NCBI GenBank assembly: GCA_000743035.1
Contig: CP008936.1
Span: 30,001 to 62,000, forward strand
Length of the DNA: 32,000 nt
Direction: 5' to 3'
Source of the DNA: Candidatus Paracaedimonas acanthamoebae
Lineage (GTDB): Bacteria > Pseudomonadota > Alphaproteobacteria > Caedimonadales > Caedimonadaceae
Each line of letters opens with the position of its first letter. Positions within the stretch are counted from its first letter, which is position 1. Shown here in pieces: positions 15,943 to 23,372 of the stretch. The notes below the pieces were generated by a model. It did not search any database and was not told the DNA's origin. It saw nothing but the letters and a program-made list of their open reading frames with translations. Position numbers and translations under genes: made by a program.

Positions 15943-17823
15943 TTATTTAATTTCAGATAACATAATTTCATTAATCATCATGTAAATTCGTTCACCATTA
16001 TTCCTATGATTTATATAAAAAATTTCTTCAGGACTTTTTGCTGTAAAAATAATATTCCATTGATTTATTCTTGGCGCTTGATAAGAATATGTAAAGGTTG
16101 AATAGGGCGAGGCACCTAAGCTTCCGCGAGCAGCTTCTACTATAAAAAACGGATAATCACGAGTATTTCCACCCATACTACTAAACAAATATGTAAGCTT
16201 ATATTTTCTTCCTTTTGTAAGTAAATGAAGTTTTAGCTTGTGGTTAATATTAAGAAAGGTGTTGCCAAGCGCATGCCCACCTTGATGAAAAAAAGCAGAA
16301 GTTGGTTTTTTTAAGTCAATAATATCATTAGGCTCAAGGTTTAATGGAAAAAACATAGGGTTATCTAGGGTGGTAACTCCTGCTGGATCTGATTGTTTGT
16401 ACATATTTATACTTGTGTAATGTTGAGCAAGTTCTCCACCTCTAAGATGTCTTTTTTTATTTAATATCATTTGTTTTATGTTGTAATCTTTTTTACTTGA
16501 ACGCAATTCGGCAAAATTGAAAACTTCCATCTTTCCATTATCATTGAGTTTATAAAAGTAAGTAGTATAGGTTGGATCGAGGGCTATCCATTTATTGTTA
16601 AGAAGTATTTCTAAAATAACGTGCCCAGTATTTTTAGGATAGTTATACATCTCGATAATGCGAGATTTGATATGTTGGGTGTTAAGCATAGCTGCAAGTA
16701 ATCTTGAAAAAGTGCCACAATGCCCTTTCTTTTGCTTTAACGCTGCGACAAGCTCGTGCTTAAAAATTGTTACATCAGGTACTGCTTGCATAAACTCTTT
16801 ATTGTACATAGAAAGCAAGAGTATCTTTTCCAAATCATCCTTAGGTTTATTTTTTTCGATAAGTTTATCACTAATTAACTTTATTATTATTGGTATAGGG
16901 GAGATAGCATCTTTGAGAGGAAAGTCTAGGGCTTCACCTTCTAAAAATGGGAAATAATACGCTGCCTCTAGAATGGTGTTTGCTATAACAATTTCTGATA
17001 AATAAATAATTTTATCTTTTTCAATATCATCAAGGTAGTTAAAAGCTGCTCGAAGTTGGGTTAAAGTATCTTGCGTATTCAAAATTATATTTTTTAATTT
17101 CTTGCCTTTTTCACTTATAAAGCTTTGAGCGAGTCGTTCTTTAAATTTATTACGACCAAATATGAAATCAGCCATGGCATTAAGAGGATTCCCCCCTTGC
17201 TTAATAGCAACAAGGTATTGATCAAATTTGGGAATGGCCTGGTCAATAATGCTTTTTAAATAGTTTTCTTCAGAGGAAGCTCCATTCTTAAGCTTCATAG
17301 TAATTGGAATTAATATACCTTGGGAGTAGACAAGCCATTCATCAACTTCTGGTGACCCGATAATAATATAACTCTGGTCTTTAACCTTGAAACTTCTTAG
17401 AAAGACTTGGGAATAAGGGTTTGTGGAAAATAAGGGATAAAAGTTTTTGAATTTAAATCGATATTTCCCAGTAACATCTGATAACTCATTATCTAAAATT
17501 TGCCATTGGGAAGGCAGAGAAGTATTAGGTATTTCCAATTCTATAAGTGTTGAATCATTAATTTTATCTGATTTCTGAGTAGTCAAAGATACTTCTTTAA
17601 AATTGGCGTGAATAAAAGCTGTTTTACTTTTAGATGTAAGAAAAGTTATTTTTCCTAAAGTAAAATAATATTGTTGTTCATTCAAAATGTGGAGCTTTAA
17701 AAAGATTTTTTCAAGATTAGAATTTAGGAAAATAAATTTTTTATTTGATAATAAAAAAGGATATGAAATTCCTAAAATCATTGTTAAGAAACAGAAAATA
17801 AAAACGCGTTTCTTCATAAACAT
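15943..17823 (-). CDS. Exported or membrane-anchored transglutaminase-like (papain-fold Cys-His-Asp) protein. Its N-terminal domain is shared with the NHL proteins.
   Basis: 626 aa. N-terminal hydrophobic segment MFMKKRVFIFCFLTMILGISYPFLL. Residues ~150-290 (IIGSPEVDEWLVYSQGI...IKQGGNPLNAMADFIFGRNKFKERL) align with the C-terminus of the 564-aa protein. Putative triad: GHC(369)GTFSRLLAAML, GH(401)VILEIL, WIALD(416)PT, with the spacing typical of transglutaminase-like cores. Confidence 0.7.
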   Translation of the reverse strand: MFMKKRVFIFCFLTMILGISYPFLLSNKKFIFLNSNLEKIFLKLHILNEQQYYFTLGKITFLTSKSKTAFIHANFKEVSLTTQKSDKINDSTLIELEIPNTSLPSQWQILDNELSDVTGKYRFKFKNFYPLFSTNPYSQVFLRSFKVKDQSYIIIGSPEVDEWLVYSQGILIPITMKLKNGASSEENYLKSIIDQAIPKFDQYLVAIKQGGNPLNAMADFIFGRNKFKERLAQSFISEKGKKLKNIILNTQDTLTQLRAAFNYLDDIEKDKIIYLSEIVIANTILEAAYYFPFLEGEALDFPLKDAISPIPIIIKLISDKLIEKNKPKDDLEKILLLSMYNKEFMQAVPDVTIFKHELVAALKQKKGHCGTFSRLLAAMLNTQHIKSRIIEMYNYPKNTGHVILEILLNNKWIALDPTYTTYFYKLNDNGKMEVFNFAELRSSKKDYNIKQMILNKKRHLRGGELAQHYTSINMYKQSDPAGVTTLDNPMFFPLNLEPNDIIDLKKPTSAFFHQGGHALGNTFLNINHKLKLHLLTKGRKYKLTYLFSSMGGNTRDYPFFIVEAARGSLGASPYSTFTYSYQAPRINQWNIIFTAKSPEEIFYINHRNNGERIYMMINEIMLSEIK

Positions 17824-17857
17824 TGCCTTTTAAAATTTTGAATGAGCGCTACATAAG

Positions 17858-17886
17858 TGGATAGTGAAAAAGGAGTGAATAGTCAA
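17858..17886 (-). promoter_or_regulatory. Candidate sigma70-type promoter for the glycan operon
   Basis: The minus strand reads TTGACT-N17-TATCCA, about 35 nt upstream of ATG 17823. The -10 is weak because its last base is A. Confidence 0.25.
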
Positions 17887-17990
17887 GAATTTCGAGCTAA
17901 AAGCTATAGAAAAAGCGCGGAGAGAGATTTGTTGATAACGGCTTTATCTCACTGAAATTTTATGAAAATTATTTCTTCAGCTGATTTTTT

Positions 17991-19547
17991 TTAATGGCCC
18001 ATATCATCCTGAAAAGATTGTTCAGGTTTACGCAATAAAAATATGAGAACAAAAGAGGCTGCAAAGAGCCAACCCATAATGTTATAACAATCATTAAAGG
18101 CTTGAACACCAGCTTCGCGTTCTACAAGTCCCGCAAGTTTCTTTAAAGCGGTGCGATGTCCATCTTGAATATTCAGGTCTTCAAATTTAGTTTCAAGGCT
18201 ATATAAAAAGCTTTCAAGTTGAACTTTTCCCATTTTCAAATTATCTGATATACGCGCTTTATGAAGATCAAGGCGTTTAATAAGAATTGTGTTAATAAGG
18301 GCAAGCCCAATAGCGCCTCCGAGGTTGCGCATCAGATTATAAAGGCCACTCGCATTTTTGAGACGTTCCGGGGGGAGTGTGCCAAGAGCAAGGTTGTTGA
18401 TTGGTAAGAAACAAAAGATAATTGCCATTCCGCGTAAAGCTTGCGGCCAAAAATATTCATCAAAGCTTGCTTGATGAGTTAAAGCAGACGAAAGATGAAT
18501 AGACCAAAAGAAAAGCACAATACCAAAGGCGAGAATATAGCGCATATCCATTCGCTTAAGAAGCTGTCCCCCGATAGGCGCTGCAGCAAACTGAAAGAGA
18601 CCAGCAACCATCATGAGCTCTCCTATCTGAAGACTATTATAACCGCGGATACGGGCCAGAAATAAAGGAATAAGATAAACTGTTCCATAAAGACCAATGC
18701 CGATTGTAAAGCTGTAAAAGCATCCAATGCTAAAGTTTCGGTCCATAAAAGCTTTTAAATCGACAATAGGATCTTGATAGACCAAAACACGCCAAAAGAA
18801 ACTGAAGCATGCTACCCCCATTAACCATGTAAAAACTAAGATCGTGGTATCATCAAACCAACCTTCACGGGGGCCTTCTTCAAGAATGTACTCAAGACTT
18901 CCAAGAAAAGTGGCCATCAATAAAGCGCCTAGAATATCAAATCGTTTTAGAAGACTGAAATTAGGTTTATCAATGTTGACAAGGAACCAAACAAGCGCCG
19001 TCACGATAATTCCAGGCACAATATTAATTAAGAAAAGCCAATGCCATGAAAAGAGCTGAGTTAAATAGCCTCCAAGAGTCGGGCCAAGAGTCGGCGCTAA
19101 AGTTGCAACAAGTCCAACAATAACACCAACCGTTGGGCGTAATCGTGCCGGGAACATCGTAAAGCTGGCCGCAAAAACAGTTGGAATCATTGCACCCCCA
19201 ACAAACCCCTGTAAGGCACGGAAAAAAATCATGGACTCAATATTCCAAGCAAAGGAACAAAAGAGACTCATAAGCGTAAAACCAATGCAGGAAAGGCAAA
19301 AAGTGAGCCGCGTTGAAAAAATATGGGATAAATAACCGGAAAGTGGGATCATAATGACTTCTGCAATGAGATAAGATGTCTGAACCCAGCTAATTTCATC
19401 AGCGCTTGCTGAAATTCCAGCTTGGATCTCGCTCAATGAGCTTGAGACAATTTGAATGTCAAGAATAGCCATAAACATCCCAAATGCCATGGCAATAAAA
19501 CCAGCCCATTCACGTAATGTAACCTTCTGTGGAGGGGCGTTTTTCAT
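17991..19547 (-). CDS. emrB: MFS drug efflux permease, DHA2 / EmrB-QacA subfamily (14 TMS type)
   Basis: 518 aa. N-terminal REWAGFIAMAFGMFMAILDIQIVSSSLSEIQAGISASADEISWVQTSYLIAEVIMIPLSGYLS is typical of EmrB. It lies 5 nt downstream of an HlyD-type gene. Confidence 0.85.
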   Translation of the reverse strand: MKNAPPQKVTLREWAGFIAMAFGMFMAILDIQIVSSSLSEIQAGISASADEISWVQTSYLIAEVIMIPLSGYLSHIFSTRLTFCLSCIGFTLMSLFCSFAWNIESMIFFRALQGFVGGAMIPTVFAASFTMFPARLRPTVGVIVGLVATLAPTLGPTLGGYLTQLFSWHWLFLINIVPGIIVTALVWFLVNIDKPNFSLLKRFDILGALLMATFLGSLEYILEEGPREGWFDDTTILVFTWLMGVACFSFFWRVLVYQDPIVDLKAFMDRNFSIGCFYSFTIGIGLYGTVYLIPLFLARIRGYNSLQIGELMMVAGLFQFAAAPIGGQLLKRMDMRYILAFGIVLFFWSIHLSSALTHQASFDEYFWPQALRGMAIIFCFLPINNLALGTLPPERLKNASGLYNLMRNLGGAIGLALINTILIKRLDLHKARISDNLKMGKVQLESFLYSLETKFEDLNIQDGHRTALKKLAGLVEREAGVQAFNDCYNIMGWLFAASFVLIFLLRKPEQSFQDDMGH

Positions 19548-19552
19548 GAGCT

Positions 19553-20584
19553 TTAGCTTTCTTTTGTGAACACCTTTACGATCACTGAAAGACCAGGGCG
19601 TAAGAAAGAAGTATTGATTTGAGTATCCTCCAGGTGAATTTTTACCGGAATACGCTGGACAACTTTTGTAAAGTTTCCTGTAGCATTTTCAGGAGGCAAT
19701 AGGCTGAAAACAGCGCCACTTGCTGGAGATAAACTTTCAATTCGACCATAAAATACTTGGCCTGGGTAAGCATCAACCTTAAACTCAACCTTTTGCCCAG
19801 GTTTCATGCGTGTAATTTGGGTTTCTTTAAAGTTTGCACGAATAAAGGGTCTTTTGCTCACAATCATCATTAAAAATTGTCCGGGCCTGACAAGTTGACC
19901 TTCTTGCACAGTTTTATTCCCAATAAAGCCGGCGCAAGGCGCCGCTAGCTTTGTATCTTTTAAGCTTTGTTTTGCTTGGGTGAGTTGTGCTTGGCTTTGG
20001 GCTTGGCGGGCTTTGATAATCGCTGTACTGGCCTCAAGCACTGCTAAACTCTTTTGGGCTGATGTTAAGTTAGCTTGAGCTTCTTTAAGTGTGGCTTCTG
20101 CTTTCTGGGCATCTGCTTGAGTCCGATCATATCGTTCTTGGCTGGCAAAGGCTTTTGCTTTAAGTGCTTGTGATCTTTCAAAAGATTGTTTTGTTGGAAA
20201 AATCTCTGTTTTTGCTTTAATCACAGCAGACTCTGCTTGTAGGATAACCGCTTTTTGTTCCGCAATTTTCTGTTCTAAAACAAGAAATTCACTCTCGGTT
20301 TGTTGATGGCCAGCTTGCGCTTCATCAAATTTTGCTTGAAAATCAACAGGGTCAATTTCAATAAGGGGGACTTGGGCATCAACTGCTTGATTATCTTGGA
20401 CATGAATTTTGGCGACATACCCTGTGACTTTTGCACTAATGGTGACCATATCAGCTTCAATATAAGCATCATCGGTAGTTTCGTGATAGCGCCATTTAAG
20501 GAACCATAAAAGGCCAAAAATAAGGATAACTAGCCCACCAATGCTTCCGAGGACTGAAAGATGTTTACGAGAGATTTTAGACAT
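19553..20584 (-). CDS. emrA: HlyD-family membrane fusion (periplasmic adaptor) protein, EmrA-like
   Basis: 343 aa. Single N-terminal TM segment (VLGSIGGLVILIFGLLWFL), ETTDDAYIEADMVTISAKVTGYV lipoyl-like motif, a long Ala/Gln-rich coiled coil and a C-terminal beta-barrel segment (FKVDAYPGQVFYGRIESLSPASG). Confidence 0.85.
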   Translation of the reverse strand: MSKISRKHLSVLGSIGGLVILIFGLLWFLKWRYHETTDDAYIEADMVTISAKVTGYVAKIHVQDNQAVDAQVPLIEIDPVDFQAKFDEAQAGHQQTESEFLVLEQKIAEQKAVILQAESAVIKAKTEIFPTKQSFERSQALKAKAFASQERYDRTQADAQKAEATLKEAQANLTSAQKSLAVLEASTAIIKARQAQSQAQLTQAKQSLKDTKLAAPCAGFIGNKTVQEGQLVRPGQFLMMIVSKRPFIRANFKETQITRMKPGQKVEFKVDAYPGQVFYGRIESLSPASGAVFSLLPPENATGNFTKVVQRIPVKIHLEDTQINTSFLRPGLSVIVKVFTKES

Positions 20585-20661
20585 TTTAAAAAATTCTCCC
20601 TGAATGAATTATTTTCCTTCTTTTTGATAGAACATTAAGAAGGATGCAAGTATTAAATATC

Positions 20662-20676
20662 GTCTCAATGTCTCAA
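20662..20676. repeat. Tandem direct repeat GTCTCAA-T-GTCTCAA between the rhlE stop and emrA
   Basis: Two exact 7-mers with 8-nt periodicity. They read TTGAGAC-A-TTGAGAC on the coding strand of emrA, about 80-90 nt upstream of its ATG. Confidence 0.5.
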
Positions 20677-20684
20677 AGAAAGGA

Positions 20685-22037
20685 TTAAATTTTCTTTACA
20701 AACCCGGCAGGCACATCAGGAAAATAGTTTTTCATGAAGGCAGGAGGTGTGTCTCCAAAACCAATAATGGGTTCGCGAGGCTTTGGTGAAGGAGATTGAA
20801 AAGCTGAAACTTTGGGAGCTGGTTCTTTAGACGGCGCTTTATTTTCTTGGTTTGGTTGATTGCTTTTTCTGTTCCTTGACCGTTTTTCCGTGGAAATGAG
20901 GGTGGCATTTTTATCGTCAGTTTCTTCTATTGTATAAGTAGGAATTTCCATGCCAATGAGCTTCTGAATGGCGGTTAAGTAAGATTGCTCCACTGGTGTT
21001 ACAAAGGTGAAAGCTTTTCCTTCCCGTCCAGCGCGGCCTGTACGTCCAATTCGATGCACATATTCTTCGGCATTGGTTGGAACATCAAAATTGAAAACGT
21101 AAGGAAGGTCTGCAACATCAATTCCGCGCGCGGCAACATCGCTAGCAATTAAGAACGAAATCTCTCCTTTTTTAAAAGCTTCTAACGTTTCTGATCGAAG
21201 CGTTTGCGTGAGATCACCATGAAGGCTTGCGGCATTAAAATGATGCCGTTTTAATGAGCTACAGAGAGTTGCAATATCTTTTTTTCGGTTGCAAAAGATA
21301 ATTGCTGTTTTGATGTCTTCTTTTTGAATAATCGCGCGTAAGGTTTGGCGTTTTTTAAGAGGCGCTGTTTTAGCTATAAATTGTTGTATGTTGGCTGAGG
21401 TCGTTGCCGGAGCGGTGACAGTAATTTCTGCAGGGTTTTGTAAGAAGGTGTCAGCGAGTTTGCGGACTTCAGGGGCGACAGTGGCTGAAAACATGAGGGT
21501 TTGTCGATGCGAGGGAAGGGCTTTAATAATCTTTTCAATGTCCGGAATAAACCCCATATCAAGCATGCGATCAGCCTCATCAATGACCAAAACCTCAACA
21601 CTCATCAGCATGACTTTACCACGTTCAACAAGGTCCAAGAGGCGCCCAGGGGTTGCAATGAGAATATCGATATTGCCGCTCAGAGCGCGCTCTTGTTGAA
21701 TCATTGAGCCTCCGCCCATGACAAGTGCTAAGTTAGTTTTGTGATATTTTCCATAAGATTCAAAATGTTCAGAAATTTGTTGGGCAAGTTCACGGGTTGG
21801 TGCCAACACAAGGATGCGAGGCATGCGGGCTCGGGCTCGGCCTTTTTCAAGAAGATCAAGTAAAGGAAGAGTATAAGAAGCCGTCTTTCCTGTGCCCGTC
21901 TGCGCACATCCAAAAAGGTCGCGGCGTGCTAATACATAGGGAATAACTTTTTGTTGGATAGGAGTCGGTGTTTGATAACCTGCATCTTGCACCCCTTGCA
22001 GGGTTTTTTGGCCTAGGCCGAGATCTGAAAAGTTCAT
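20685..22037 (-). CDS. rhlE: DEAD-box ATP-dependent RNA helicase, RhlE-like
   Basis: Q-motif GYQTPTPIQ, AQTGTGKT, PTRELA, DEAD, SAT, HRIGRTGRAG, and a basic/Pro-rich tail. The ORF opens at TTG 22046. ATG 22037 (MNFSDLGL) matches the usual RhlE N-terminus. Confidence 0.9.
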   Translation of the reverse strand: MNFSDLGLGQKTLQGVQDAGYQTPTPIQQKVIPYVLARRDLFGCAQTGTGKTASYTLPLLDLLEKGRARARMPRILVLAPTRELAQQISEHFESYGKYHKTNLALVMGGGSMIQQERALSGNIDILIATPGRLLDLVERGKVMLMSVEVLVIDEADRMLDMGFIPDIEKIIKALPSHRQTLMFSATVAPEVRKLADTFLQNPAEITVTAPATTSANIQQFIAKTAPLKKRQTLRAIIQKEDIKTAIIFCNRKKDIATLCSSLKRHHFNAASLHGDLTQTLRSETLEAFKKGEISFLIASDVAARGIDVADLPYVFNFDVPTNAEEYVHRIGRTGRAGREGKAFTFVTPVEQSYLTAIQKLIGMEIPTYTIEETDDKNATLISTEKRSRNRKSNQPNQENKAPSKEPAPKVSAFQSPSPKPREPIIGFGDTPPAFMKNYFPDVPAGFVKKI

Positions 22038-22299
22038 GCGTGTCAAATTGACTCTTAAAAGTTAGAAATAGTTACCATTTTTAAGAGCTCTTTTTATTAA
22101 AAAGTCAAATATTTTCTTTATAGTTTTATTTTTTTCAAAAGTTGAGGATTTTAAATCACACTTTTTTAAATGGATAAATTTTTCTTATTACTAAATGATT
22201 TGAAGACTTATTTCAATTTTTAAGGTGAGATCTATGCTCGAAAATGACAAAGCTAAATCCGGCGCTCGGTGACAGTTTATTTCAATAAAACTTAATTTA

Positions 22300-22767
22300 T
22301 CAAGGCTTTTTAACTTCAATCTTGTGGGTTTTTTCTTGTTCTTCTTGCAATTTTTTAATAGTAATTGTGAGCACACCTTTGTCTAAATTTGCTTCGATAT
22401 CTTTTGGATTGGCTTGAAAAGGAAGTTGAATGGAACGTGAAAAGAAGCCGTGATTTCTTTCTATAAGATAATAATTATCTTTTTCTTCCTTTTCTTCTCT
22501 CTTCCTCTCACCTTGAATCGTAAGAATATCATTCGTAAGATTAATGGAAATATCTTTTTCTTTAAGTCCAGGGACATCCGTTACAATCACAAGTTCTTTT
22601 CCTTTATCGCAAATATCAAACTTTAAGTTTAAGGATGAAGGACTTATATTTGTATTTCTGGCAAAGAAATTAAAAAGAGAATCTATATCATATTTAAACA
22701 TCTTAAAAGGATCTTGATAAAAGGGGGCCTCGTTCTTATTTTTTTTGGTAAGATTTGTGATGCGCAT
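22300..22767 (-). CDS. Small heat-shock protein, Hsp20 / alpha-crystallin family
   Basis: 155 aa. Alpha-crystallin domain: DICDKGKELVIVTDVPGLKEKDISINLTNDILTIQGERK...ERNHGFFSRSIQLPFQANPKDIEANLDKGVLTITI. Strong SD AAGGAGGAG lies 4-12 nt upstream of the ATG. Confidence 0.9.
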   Translation of the reverse strand: MRITNLTKKNKNEAPFYQDPFKMFKYDIDSLFNFFARNTNISPSSLNLKFDICDKGKELVIVTDVPGLKEKDISINLTNDILTIQGERKREEKEEKDNYYLIERNHGFFSRSIQLPFQANPKDIEANLDKGVLTITIKKLQEEQEKTHKIEVKKP

Positions 22768-23174
22768 CTTCTCCTCCTTAATCGTTGAGATAAAATTAAA
22801 CTTATCATGAAAAGAAGGCGTGAATTAAGTTGAAATAAGGGAGAATTTGAAACTTCATATTGTCACATAATATTCTTAATTCCGAGCGAAAAGTGAAGAG
22901 GATTTGAGCGGAAAAAAGCCATTTTTAAATGGTTAAAAATACTCACTAAGTGGTTGAATAATAAATATATAAAATATGTAATTTATGTTACTTTTTTCTT
23001 CCAAAAAAGGATTCTTTTTGATATACTATAGGAGAGTCAGAAGATGGCCACTGAAGACTCAATTGAGCGCTCAAAATCAAATCGTTTTAAGGAATAACAA
23101 TCAATAAAGGGAGGTTATCTTCTCATGATATAGTTGCGTGTATAATTTAGTCTTGTAGTATTTTGCAAGCGCTC

Positions 23175-23224
23175 ACTGAGTTGCTAAACCAAGGTGATTG
23201 CTTTGTCAGCAACTCAGTTTCTTA
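23175..23224 (+). terminator. Terminator-like stem-loop in the hsp20-dnaK intergenic region
   Basis: An 11-bp perfect stem, 23175..23185 (ACTGAGTTGCT) with 23208..23218 (AGCAACTCAGT). The 22-nt loop can pair internally (CAAGG/CTTTG). The stem is followed by a TTCTT tail. Confidence 0.35.
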
Positions 23225-23255
23225 AAGGCCTATAAAAAGGTTGATTAAGATATGC

Positions 23256-23285
23256 TTGCGAAAAGAGGTGTAAATAATTTATAAA
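23256..23285 (+). promoter_or_regulatory. Candidate sigma70-type promoter for dnaK
   Basis: TTGCGA-N18-TATAAA, about 90 nt upstream of ATG 23373. The predicted leader contains two hairpins: AAGGGC/GCCCTT at 23295..23311 and 23321..23349. Confidence 0.25.
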
Positions 23286-23372
23286 AGAAGTGTAAGGGCA
23301 AGGTGCCCTTATATGGGAGTCCTTAGGGTGCTCGATTGAGATCTTAAGGGTTTGCTAACAAAAGAGGTTATA

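Noticed and set aside
21374-21913. Small ORFs inside rhlE on both strands.
   Set aside because: They are embedded in the DEAD-box helicase frame and are shadow ORFs.
22083-22092. Perfect 10-nt palindrome AAGAGCTCTT in the rhlE upstream region, near a TTGACT -35-like hexamer.
   Set aside because: It is too short and has no loop, so it cannot form a hairpin. A palindrome of this size is expected by chance, and no matching -10 lies at proper spacing.
22191-22376. 61-aa ORF overlapping the 3' end of hsp20.
   Set aside because: It is out of frame with hsp20, Lys-rich and low-complexity, and has no SD.
23295-23350. Looked for a CIRCE operator (TTAGCACTC-N9-GAGTGCTAA) and for a clear sigma32 promoter (CTTGAA-N16/17-CCCCAT-like) upstream of dnaK.
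   Set aside because: TTAGGGTGCTC...CTTAAGG resembles CIRCE only superficially, because the arms do not match the consensus or each other well. CCCTTATAT at 23306..23314 has no CTTG element at the right distance. Only generic hairpins and a sigma70-like candidate remain.
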